This document shows positions 7,682 through 15,353 of a stretch of 24,000 bases of DNA, one piece after another. The notes beneath the pieces were generated by a model. That model saw only the letters and a list, made by a program, of their open reading frames with translations, had not been told where the DNA came from and made no database searches. The stretch spans positions 91,132 to 115,131 of the forward strand of contig NZ_JBFAAH010000012.1 of the NCBI RefSeq assembly GCF_040639635.1. Direction: 5' to 3'. This stretch comes from Promicromonospora sp. NPDC023805. GTDB lineage: Bacteria > Actinomycetota > Actinomycetes > Actinomycetales > Cellulomonadaceae. A program made the position numbers and the translations under genes. Each line of letters opens with the position of its first letter. The first letter of the stretch is position 1.

Positions 7682-8890
7682 ATGCCCCGAGCCACCACCG
7701 GCTACGGCCCCCTGCTGCGCACCCCCGGCGCAGCCGCCTTCTTTCTCACCGCCGCGTTCGGTCGCGTCGGCATCGCCATGACGGGCCTCGGCCTCGTCTG
7801 GCTGCTGCACGACCGCACCGGCTCCTATGCGACGGCGGGCCTCGCCGCCGCCGGGTTCGCCCTGGCCGAGGCCCTGGTCGGCCCGCACCTGGCCCGGCTG
7901 ATCGACCGGTTCGGCCAGACCCGCGTGCTGCCGTTCTACCTCCTCGGGCACGGCGCCGCGGTAGCCGGCCTGCTCCTGTCGACGACGCCCGCCGCCGCGA
8001 TCGTCGCAGCCACCTGCGCCGGAGCGGCGGTACCGCAGCTCGGCGCGCTGTCGGCCGCCCGCTGGGCACACCTGCTGCGGGCCGAACGGGCAGACGAGCT
8101 GCCCACTGCCTTCTCCCTGGAGTCGCTGGCCAACGCCACCGCGTTCCTCCTCGGCCCGGTGCTGGTCACCGCACTCGGCGCGGCAGGGCACCCAGTCCTG
8201 GCCAGCGCCATCGCCGCCGCGCTGATCGTCGGCGGGGGTGTGGCGCTGGCCGCCCAACGCGGCACCGCACCGCCTCCAGCCCGGGGGAGCACCGACGGGA
8301 CGCCGCGCGAACGGTCCTCCCTGCTGCGGCCGGCCTTCCTCCTCCTCGCCCTGCTCAACCTCGCGATCGGGCTCTACTTCGGCACAATGGGTGTCGCGGT
8401 CACCGCGTTCGCCGTCGGCCAGGGCACCCCCGCCGTCGCGACGCCGATCATCGCCGCCGCAAGCCTCAGCGGACTCCTCGCCGGCTGGCTCTACGGGCTG
8501 CGCAAACACCCGACCCCGGCACACCGTCAGCTCGTGCTCGTCACGATCTACCTGACGGCGACGGCGGCGCTGCTACCCCTCGCGCCGTCCGCACTCTGGC
8601 TCGGGGTCGGCGTGGTGCTCACGGAGGCGGCGATCCCGCCGGCCCTCGTGCTGCTGACCGTCCTGACCGAACGGGCAGTCCAGCCCACGACGCTCACCCA
8701 GGCCTTCACCTGGAACAACTCCGCGAGCGCTGCGGGGTCGGCGCTCGCGGCGGCCCTGGCGGGACGCGCCGCGGACGCCTGGGGCCCGTCGGGCGCGCTC
8801 GTGCAGGCGCCCGTGGCGGGGCTCGTACTGGTCGTTCTGGCCCTGGTGCTATCCCTGGTCCTGGCGCGCCGACCCGCGCGGCTGCGCTAA
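7682..8890 (+). CDS. MFS transporter
   Basis: The 402-aa protein has about 12 hydrophobic segments separated by a central charged loop (AQRGTAPPPARGSTDGTPRERSS). The loop 2-3 motif LIDRFGQTRVL is MFS-like. A GAGGA RBS lies upstream of ATG 7682. Confidence 0.85.
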   Translation: MPRATTGYGPLLRTPGAAAFFLTAAFGRVGIAMTGLGLVWLLHDRTGSYATAGLAAAGFALAEALVGPHLARLIDRFGQTRVLPFYLLGHGAAVAGLLLSTTPAAAIVAATCAGAAVPQLGALSAARWAHLLRAERADELPTAFSLESLANATAFLLGPVLVTALGAAGHPVLASAIAAALIVGGGVALAAQRGTAPPPARGSTDGTPRERSSLLRPAFLLLALLNLAIGLYFGTMGVAVTAFAVGQGTPAVATPIIAAASLSGLLAGWLYGLRKHPTPAHRQLVLVTIYLTATAALLPLAPSALWLGVGVVLTEAAIPPALVLLTVLTERAVQPTTLTQAFTWNNSASAAGSALAAALAGRAADAWGPSGALVQAPVAGLVLVVLALVLSLVLARRPARLR

Positions 8891-9004
8891 CGAGCTATAG
8901 GCCCGCGCTCGTGGGGGCAGGTTCACCCCGTGCTCGCCAGCTGGCGGTCGCCCGTCGCCGGTACGGTCGGATAGACGTTCCCGCTCCGGCGTGAGGTGGA
9001 CTCG

Positions 9005-11062
9005 ATGACCTACGGCCCGTTTACCGGCTCGTCCGCGCGGGGGGCCGGACCTGGAGACTCTGGCGGGTCCCCCGAGCCGCTGTTGCCACGGCCGTACGCG
9101 CGAAATGCGGACTCCGGGTCGACGGCCGCCCCCTTCGGTCCCGATGCGCAGGTAGCGGGAGGGGCTGCTGGCCCCGACATCGGGAGTGCCACCGACGACG
9201 GCGCCACCACGACGGACACCATAGGTATCGCCGCTGAGGTCGACCGGCTCGCCCGCGTACTGTGTGCGCACGCGACGACGCTGCCGCTCGCCGTCGCGAT
9301 TCTCGGCGACTGGGGAAGCGGAAAGTCCAGCTTTATGCAGATGGTGCAGGCGCGGGTGCACGATCTCGCCGGATGGCAGCAGAAGTACGCGCCGGTCGTC
9401 GGTGACCTGCCCGCCTACGCGGCCCGGGTGCGGCAGGTGCGGTTCAACGCATGGCACTACAGCGACGAATACGCGCTGGTCGGCATGGTGGACGAACTCT
9501 TCCGGGAGCTGGCGGACCAGAAAGTGATGAAACCGCCGGTGCCCCCTGCGGAGGTCACCAGGCTCCGCGCGGCCCGGGATACCGCTGCACGCGAGCTGCG
9601 GCACGCCGAGGAGCACCGGGAGGCAGTCGGTCACGACGGGCCCCGCTCACTCTGGTCGGTCCTCACATCGGGACGCCGAGGCCGGGCTGGTCTGGTCTGG
9701 TTGCTCGTCACACTCACCGCGATCCTCGTGGCCTGGCAGGGGGAGGCGATGTTCGCATGGCTGCCCGACGGCGTCGCCGAGGCCACCCGGTGGGTGGTGG
9801 CCGCGGTCGGCATCGCTGCGGGGGTGATCAAGTCCGTTCAGGGCTGGCGGGTGGCCCTTCGGACATGGCAGGCCACCGTCAAGGAGCAAGCCGTCGCAGC
9901 ACTGGAGCCGAACATCGGTGACCTGCGCGCGAGACGGGACTCGACGGAGCTCGCGTACCTCGCGGTCGACGCGACGGCCCGGCTCGCCGGTTTCCTCGAT
10001 CAGCAGCGGGACGGCGTGCAGTACGACACCTACCGCGGGGCTGTCGGCCTGGTCTACCGGAACCTCGAGGAGCTGGCGCAGAAGATCGCCGACGACGCAG
10101 GACAGCAGACGGAGCGGGAGGAGCGCGACGGACCGGCCGTCTCGATCGACCGCATCGTGCTGTACGTCGACGACCTCGACCGGTGTGCACCGGAAAGGGT
10201 CGTTGAGGTGCTCCATGCCGTCAATCTGCTGCAGGTGCTGCCGCTGTTCGTCGTGGTGGTGAGTGTGGATGCGCAGTGGCTGCGCAGGTCCCTCGCGTTT
10301 CATGATCGCGCGATGTTCGGCGACGGCCCGAGCGTGCTCGGCGCGCGCGTGGGCGATCCTCTCGACTACCTCGACAAGATCTTCCAGATCCCATACTCGT
10401 TACCACCGATGGGACGCGAGGGGGCAGCCGGACTTGTGCGAGCGCTCGTCGGAGAGACATCGCCGGGCTCCGCCGACCGCGCCGCCCGAAATGCCCGGTC
10501 GGACGACACGGCCGCCGAGCGGGTCCCCGGTGCGTGGGACGTCGACGGTGAGTCCGGCCTCGGCGGACGGGACATGCGGCTCGCTCCCGGCGAGGAGGAT
10601 CTCCTGGCTGCGGTGGCCGCCGTCGTGCGCACTCCGCGAGGCGTGAAGAAGCTGGTCAACCTGTACCGGCTCGTTCGGGTGGGGCCGCAGGCACTCGCTG
10701 ATCCTGCGTTTGCCGACCCGGAGGTCGGCGCTGGCCGCGCCGTCGCGCTGCTCCTTGCGGCCGTCGTTGGCATGCCCGCCGCCGCCCCCAGACTGCTGAC
10801 GGCCCTGTCCTCCAGTGAGGGCACGCTGCCAGAAGCTCTCGCCGCGGCCGCCGCCCGCCACCGCTCCGAGGGTGAGCATGAGTGGCCCGAGCGGTGCGGT
10901 CCGTGCGCTGACCTGGAATGGCTGGGCACGGAGATCGGGGCACTGCTGAGGAGGAAACAGGTGCCGGAGGCTGCTGCCGACTACCGCCCCTGGCTGAGTG
11001 AGGTCGCGCGGTACTCGTTCCACTCGGCGCGGTTTCGTGATCTGCTCGCCGACGCGTCCTGA
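9005..11062 (+). CDS. KAP-family P-loop NTPase with transmembrane hairpin inserted in the NTPase domain
   Basis: Walker A is AILGDWGSGKSS (nt 9305-9328), followed by VRFNAWHYSDE. Two hydrophobic helices lie at ~9690-9740 and ~9790-9830. Walker B is IVLYVDDLDRCAPERVVEVLHAVNLL (from nt 10154), with the C-terminal motif TPRGVKKLVNLYRLV. Start chosen is ATG 9005, 8 nt after GAGGTG; the track's GTG 8996 sits inside that RBS and is the alternative. A/T-ending codons are noticeably more frequent than in neighbouring genes. Confidence 0.85.
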   Translation: MTYGPFTGSSARGAGPGDSGGSPEPLLPRPYARNADSGSTAAPFGPDAQVAGGAAGPDIGSATDDGATTTDTIGIAAEVDRLARVLCAHATTLPLAVAILGDWGSGKSSFMQMVQARVHDLAGWQQKYAPVVGDLPAYAARVRQVRFNAWHYSDEYALVGMVDELFRELADQKVMKPPVPPAEVTRLRAARDTAARELRHAEEHREAVGHDGPRSLWSVLTSGRRGRAGLVWLLVTLTAILVAWQGEAMFAWLPDGVAEATRWVVAAVGIAAGVIKSVQGWRVALRTWQATVKEQAVAALEPNIGDLRARRDSTELAYLAVDATARLAGFLDQQRDGVQYDTYRGAVGLVYRNLEELAQKIADDAGQQTEREERDGPAVSIDRIVLYVDDLDRCAPERVVEVLHAVNLLQVLPLFVVVVSVDAQWLRRSLAFHDRAMFGDGPSVLGARVGDPLDYLDKIFQIPYSLPPMGREGAAGLVRALVGETSPGSADRAARNARSDDTAAERVPGAWDVDGESGLGGRDMRLAPGEEDLLAAVAAVVRTPRGVKKLVNLYRLVRVGPQALADPAFADPEVGAGRAVALLLAAVVGMPAAAPRLLTALSSSEGTLPEALAAAAARHRSEGEHEWPERCGPCADLEWLGTEIGALLRRKQVPEAAADYRPWLSEVARYSFHSARFRDLLADAS

Positions 11063-11120
11063 GTGTGGTCGTCGTGTTCTGGCCGCTCTCTTTACCGCCC
11101 TTCCTCACGCTGCGGCAAGC

Positions 11121-11152
11121 CCGGCCCGCCGCCCAGAGGAGCGGCGGGCCGG
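11121..11152. terminator. Bidirectional intrinsic-terminator-like hairpin between convergent KAP and PAS-ANTAR genes
   Basis: Perfect 12-bp GC stem ccggcccgccgc / gcggcgggccgg with an 8-nt loop. It lies in the 121-nt gap between two convergent stops. There is no U-tract, as is common in high-GC actinobacteria. Confidence 0.55.
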
Positions 11153-11183
11153 TTACCTGCGAGGGCTCGGCGGACGGGCCGGG

Positions 11184-11972
11184 TCAGCCCTTGGACTTGC
11201 CCGCGGTCCTGCGCGGCCGCCGGGTCAGCAGGGGGTCGTGACCCCGCGGCCGGCTGACGGGGTGGACGGTGGCGAACGCCTCGTCCAGGACGTCCGGTGT
11301 CGCGATCGCGCCGTCACCCCGGGCCTGGAGCGCCGTCATCACCTGCTCTGCCGCCAGCCGCAGGGATACTCCCGCGTCCCGCGCGGCGCTGACCAGGAGC
11401 TCCGTGGCCTTCGCCTCGTCGACTCCCCGTACCGCCACGATGACACCCTTGACCTGCTCGATCGTGGCCTGGCTGACGAAGGCGCGGTTCACCACGGACT
11501 CCGACCGGCGGTCGAGCGCCTCCTTCTGGACCGGCGTGACGTCGACGACGTAACCGACCAGCTGCGGCGACCGGCTGCGGGCGCTCTGCGAGCCCTGACC
11601 GGTGACGACCACCGATCGGGTCCGGCCGCTCCGGTCCACGATCCGGTGTGCGCACGCGAAGGGCCTACCGAGCCGGAGGGCCTCCCCGGCGGCCCGGACC
11701 ACGCGGGCCCGGTCGTCGGGGTGCTTGCGGGAGCGAAGCGCCTCGAGCCCCGGCTCGATCTCGTTCTGCTTCCATCCGTGCATGGTGTAGACCTCGTCGG
11801 ACCACCACCAGGTGCCGGAGGCAAGGTCGACGCTGTACCGGCCGACCAGAAGGTTGGTTCCCAGGCCGAGGGCGCGAGTCAGATCTGCCGCGGAAAAGCC
11901 CTGCGTGCTGGCTCCGGCGTCGTTCCCGGCCACTTCGGCGAAGTCCGTCTCGAGCTGAGTGACGGTTGACAT
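11184..11972 (-). CDS. PAS + ANTAR domain RNA-binding (antitermination-type) regulator
   Basis: The 262-aa protein has a PAS fold (YSVDLASGTWWWSDEVYTMHGW...HPDDRARV...FACAHRIVDRSGRTRSVVVTG). This is followed by an ANTAR helix bundle (RAFVSQATIEQVKGVIVAVRGVDEAKATELLVSAARDAGVSLRLAAEQV). A GGGAGG RBS lies before the ATG. Confidence 0.85.
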   Translation of the reverse strand: MSTVTQLETDFAEVAGNDAGASTQGFSAADLTRALGLGTNLLVGRYSVDLASGTWWWSDEVYTMHGWKQNEIEPGLEALRSRKHPDDRARVVRAAGEALRLGRPFACAHRIVDRSGRTRSVVVTGQGSQSARSRSPQLVGYVVDVTPVQKEALDRRSESVVNRAFVSQATIEQVKGVIVAVRGVDEAKATELLVSAARDAGVSLRLAAEQVMTALQARGDGAIATPDVLDEAFATVHPVSRPRGHDPLLTRRPRRTAGKSKG

Positions 11973-12091
11973 ATGAACCTCCCAGATCCCCTGCGGACCT
12001 GGAGCCGCTTCATGACCCCGAGTCTCAGAGTATAGAGGGGTTCGGACGATTCGGACAGTCGGGGTCTCAAGATTCCTCTCGAAACCGCAGG

Positions 12092-13246
12092 TCAGGCCCC
12101 TGTCATGGGTGCGTCATCGAGGGGTGCGAGCAGGGCGGACGCGCCGTCCTCCCAGCGGCCGAGCGCGTACGCGCCGACGTCCCCCTCGATGGCCAGGCAG
12201 GCGGCGGCTCCGAGCAGGACGTCGTCGCGGATCGCGGGATCCTGCTCGACGAGCTTGCCCGCGAGGTCGCGCGCGGCGATCTGCTCGTGCACCGCGTCGG
12301 CCTCCACGTGCTCGTCGAAGTACCGCGTCGTGTCGGTGCCGTGCCCGAGGCGCCGGAAGCCGGTGCTGTACAGGCGGCTGGGGATCGACGACGTGATCTC
12401 GTACGCGGCGAGATGGCCGACTATCGCGCCCCGGAGCCGCCGGTGCAGCGCGAAGAGCGACATGGTGTTCAGCGAGACGAGCGCCGGTGTGGGGGCGACG
12501 TCGAGGTAGGCGCCGTAGGTGTCGTCGAGCCCGGCGCTGCGCATGGTGGCGGCGAAGAGCTCGGAGTGCAGGTAGCCCGGCCGGCCGCCACCGTACTCGT
12601 CGGCCTGGATCTCCACGAGCGCGGCCTTGGGCGTGCCGTACAGCCGAGGGATCGCCCAGGTGTGCGGGTCGGCCTCCATCAGCTGGTAGACCGACCGCAG
12701 GGCCAGGAACTCACGGGCCTGCCCGGCGGTGGCGCGCCTGGCGAGGTAGCGCGAGAGGCTGGGGCTGTCGTCGGCCTCGGCCAGCTCGAACAGCCGCTTC
12801 GCGACGCCGGCGGCGTCGGTCTCCTCGCAGACGGGCCGTCCGGCGCGCGTCCGGACCGCCGCCTCGAAGGGCCGCTCGAGCGACTGTCGCACCGCGAGCA
12901 GCGCCGGTTCCCACTCCCACTCGTCGTCGACGCCGTCCACACCACGGTGGTGCAGCTCGTACATGACAGTGAGGGCGAGCTGCAGGTCGCCGTCGTGCAG
13001 GACGGCGAGCTCGTCGGCGTGCTCGGCGTTCTGCAGCGCGTCCGCGGCCGCGGCGCGCATTGGCTCCAGCCGGGCGTGGGCGTCGTCGGCGGGCGGTCCC
13101 GCGGTGAGCGCGGTGATCAGCGCGGAGCTCACCGGACCGCGCGGACGGGGGAGGGGGAGGCGGGCGGCGTTCCCTGTAGCAGGCACGGCCCGCCGGCCGG
13201 CGTCGTCGTTCGTGGATGTGTGCTCCCGCACAGGGGTCGAGGTCAT
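12092..13246 (-). CDS. Heme-oxygenase-like 'iron-containing redox enzyme' family protein (putative diiron oxidase)
   Basis: The start is taken at ATG 13246 (MTSTPVRE) with GAGGAG 9 nt upstream; the track start at 13369 adds 41 poorly coding aa. Carboxylate/His-bearing helices are typical of the family: VMYELHHRG, LVEIQADEYGGGRPGYLHSELF, IVGHLAAYEITS and RYFDEHVEADAVHEQIA. Confidence 0.75.
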   Translation of the reverse strand: MTSTPVREHTSTNDDAGRRAVPATGNAARLPLPRPRGPVSSALITALTAGPPADDAHARLEPMRAAAADALQNAEHADELAVLHDGDLQLALTVMYELHHRGVDGVDDEWEWEPALLAVRQSLERPFEAAVRTRAGRPVCEETDAAGVAKRLFELAEADDSPSLSRYLARRATAGQAREFLALRSVYQLMEADPHTWAIPRLYGTPKAALVEIQADEYGGGRPGYLHSELFAATMRSAGLDDTYGAYLDVAPTPALVSLNTMSLFALHRRLRGAIVGHLAAYEITSSIPSRLYSTGFRRLGHGTDTTRYFDEHVEADAVHEQIAARDLAGKLVEQDPAIRDDVLLGAAACLAIEGDVGAYALGRWEDGASALLAPLDDAPMTGA

Positions 13247-13490
13247 GTGGAGGCTCCTCATCTCGCACCGGCCGCGCCTCTCCTCGACGCCGCGCCCATA
13301 GTGCGCATGATGCTGCCGACTCGCGAGGTGTGCACCCGGACAAGCTGTCGGGTTGCGAGTGCAACTCACCGTCTTACGTTGGGGCCGAGGTCAGGAAGAG
13401 GCCGCACCGGTGGAGCACGGGCCCGCCGAGGCTCGTGCTCGCCCCGCCCGGTCGCACTCCGGGCGAGGAGGACGACGACAGGAGTCCGAC

Positions 13491-14228
13491 ATGAGTGGAA
13501 CGGACATTCCGTACGGTTCAGGGGCCGGTTCGCAGCGAACCTGGGAGCCCGGCAGCGAAACAGGCAGCACCGGCACGGAGACGACAGGCGTCAAGGAACG
13601 AGCCGGCGCGGCAGCGTCTCAGCTGGGTGAGGCGGGCCGCGAGACGGTTCGTGAGGCAAAGGAGCGTGCGCACGACGTCGCTCACGAGGCGGGCGACCGC
13701 ACGCGTGGGCTGGTCGACCGCACCAGGAACGAGCTCAGTTCCCAGGTGGCGTCGCAGCAGCAGCATCTCGCGGGCGGGCTCCGTGCGCTGGGGGACGAGC
13801 TGGGCCAGATGTCCAGCGGGACGCAGGACCCCGGCTACGCGACCGACCTGGTGCAGCGCGCCGGGGCGGCTACCGGCCACGTCGCGCAGTGGTTCGAGGA
13901 CCGCGAGCCCGGCGACGTCCTGCACGAGGTCGAGGACTTCGCCAGGCGCCGGCCGGGCATGTTCATCCTGATGGCGGCGGGCGCGGGCCTGCTCGTCGGG
14001 AGGTTCCTGCGCGGTGCGAAGGACGCGCCGAGCGGTGACGCCTCCGGCGGTGACACGTCCGGTGGCGCCGGTGCCGGTGCAGCGGCCGGGTACGACGTCG
14101 GCCGGACGCCCGCCACGAACGTGAGCGAGCCGCCGCCGGCCTTCGCGCCGCCGGCCGCTGACGGCGTCCGCCCGCAGGCCACCCGTCCGCAGACCCTCGG
14201 GGGTGAGCGCGATGTCGAGTTCCCGTGA
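13491..14228 (+). CDS. Hypothetical membrane-anchored protein (long charged helical region, one TM helix, Gly/Pro-rich tail)
   Basis: ATG 13491 is preceded by AGGAG; the track's upstream extension from 13353 looks non-coding. The helical part is KERAGAAASQLGEAGRETVREAKERAHDVAHEAGDRTRGLVDRTRNEL. It is followed by RRRPGMFILMAAGAGLLVGRFLRG (TM anchor). GC3 is high. The gene overlaps the next gene. Confidence 0.65.
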   Translation: MSGTDIPYGSGAGSQRTWEPGSETGSTGTETTGVKERAGAAASQLGEAGRETVREAKERAHDVAHEAGDRTRGLVDRTRNELSSQVASQQQHLAGGLRALGDELGQMSSGTQDPGYATDLVQRAGAATGHVAQWFEDREPGDVLHEVEDFARRRPGMFILMAAGAGLLVGRFLRGAKDAPSGDASGGDTSGGAGAGAAAGYDVGRTPATNVSEPPPAFAPPAADGVRPQATRPQTLGGERDVEFP

Positions 14229-14661
14229 CCCGTTCGCCGCGTCCAGCGTGGCGCCGCAGGTGACGACCACCGGCCGGGACGACCGGAGCGTCGGGGAGCT
14301 GGTCAGCGAGGTCAGTCGTGACCTCTCGACGCTGATCCGGCAGGAGATCGAGCTCGCGAAGGCCGAGGCGACGCAGTCCGCCAAGCGTGCGGGGAAGGGC
14401 GCCGGGATGTTCGGCGGCGCGGGGGTGGCGGGCCACATGGTCCTGCTGTTCCTGTCGCTCGCCCTGTGGTGGGCGCTCGGCACCGTGATGGGCGGCGGCT
14501 GGTCCGGGCTGGTCGTGGCCGCCCTCTGGGCAGTGGTCGCCGCGGTGCTCGCCGCGCGCGGGCGCAGCGAGATCAAGGCGGTGGAGGGGCTGCCGCGGAC
14601 CGCCGACTCGGTCAAGAAGATCCCCGATGCACTTCGAGGACACGAGGAGAAGAACTCATGA
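14203..14661 (+). CDS. Actinobacterial Holin-X (holin superfamily III)-type 'phage holin family' membrane protein
   Basis: The protein has SVGELVSEVSRDLSTLIRQEIELAKAE followed by two TM helices (GMFGGAGVAGHMVLLFLSLALWWAL and WSGLVVAALWAVVAAVLAA). This is the pattern of that family. The start is GTG 14203 or ATG 14212. The stop overlaps the next ATG. Confidence 0.75.
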   Translation: MSAMSSSRDPFAASSVAPQVTTTGRDDRSVGELVSEVSRDLSTLIRQEIELAKAEATQSAKRAGKGAGMFGGAGVAGHMVLLFLSLALWWALGTVMGGGWSGLVVAALWAVVAAVLAARGRSEIKAVEGLPRTADSVKKIPDALRGHEEKNS

Positions 14662-15284
14662 GCACCAGCGATCCCAACGAGATCCGGGAAGACATCGAGC
14701 GCACGCGCGCGGAGCTGAGCCATGACGTGGACACGCTCGGCGACCGGGTGACGCCCAGCCATGTCGTGGAGCGCCAGAAGGAGAAGGTGCGGGCCCGCGT
14801 GACCGACGTCAAGGAGCGGGTGATGGGCAAGGCGCACGACACCATGGACTCCGCGGGCGGCACTACGCACGACCTGGCGGACAGGGGGCGTGAGAGGGCT
14901 TCGTCGGTTGCCGACTCGGCCCGGCACACGGCCTCGTCCGCCGCGGACTCCGTCCGGTCTGCCCCGCGTGCGGTGCGGGAGCAGACGCAGGGCAACCCGC
15001 TCGCCGTGGGTCTGGTGGCCTTCGGCGTGGGGCTCGCGGTCGCGTCGCTGCTCCCGTCCACCCGCGCCGAGCAGCGTGCGGCCACCGCCGCGAAGGAGAA
15101 GGCGGCGCCGCTGGTCGACGACATCAGGTCGACGGCGAGCGAGGTCGTGCACGACCTCGAGGAGCCCGCGAGGGAGAGCATGGAGGCCCTCCGCGACGCC
15201 GCGAAGGATGCGGCGCAGCAGGTCGGCCAGCACGGGCGGGAGTCCGTGGCCGACGTCCGCTCGCAGGCGACCGGTAACGGCTGA
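14658..15284 (+). CDS. DUF3618 domain-containing membrane protein
   Basis: It starts MSTSDPNEIREDIERTRAELSHDVDTLGDRVTP, the DUF3618 signature as I recall it. A single TM helix follows (NPLAVGLVAFGVGLAVASLL). It is coupled to the holin-X gene by an ATGA overlap. Confidence 0.75.
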   Translation: MSTSDPNEIREDIERTRAELSHDVDTLGDRVTPSHVVERQKEKVRARVTDVKERVMGKAHDTMDSAGGTTHDLADRGRERASSVADSARHTASSAADSVRSAPRAVREQTQGNPLAVGLVAFGVGLAVASLLPSTRAEQRAATAAKEKAAPLVDDIRSTASEVVHDLEEPARESMEALRDAAKDAAQQVGQHGRESVADVRSQATGNG

Positions 15285-15296
15285 CCCACCGCCGGG

Positions 15297-15329
15297 CTGG
15301 TGCCGGCCGGTGCTGCCGGCCGGCACCAG
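15297..15329 (+). terminator. Strong hairpin (14-bp perfect stem, 5-nt loop) 13 nt after the DUF3618 stop
   Basis: The sequence is ctggtgccggccgg-tgctg-ccggccggcaccag. It has no U-tract. It ends only 24 nt before the yihY start codon, so it may be a terminator, attenuator or processing site. Confidence 0.5.
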
Positions 15330-15353
15330 TCGGCGTCTGCCCTGGGAGACGAC

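Noticed and set aside
12014-12066. 8-bp inverted repeat gaccccga/tcggggtc, plus tandem GTCCGAA heptamers (minus strand) next to a TATACT -10-like hexamer upstream of the PAS-ANTAR gene
   Set aside because: The loop is about 37 nt, so it is a poor terminator. The heptamers are direct rather than inverted, so this is not a LexA box despite resembling the right half of the 21160 site. No acceptable -35 is present, so there is not enough support to call a feature.
13413-13465. Two tandem 7-bp hairpins just upstream of the RBS of the membrane cluster, considered as an ANTAR dual stem-loop target
   Set aside because: ANTAR targets have two hexaloops with conserved A1 and G4. These loops are 14 and 7 nt and do not fit. 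I kept them only as a possible structured leader.
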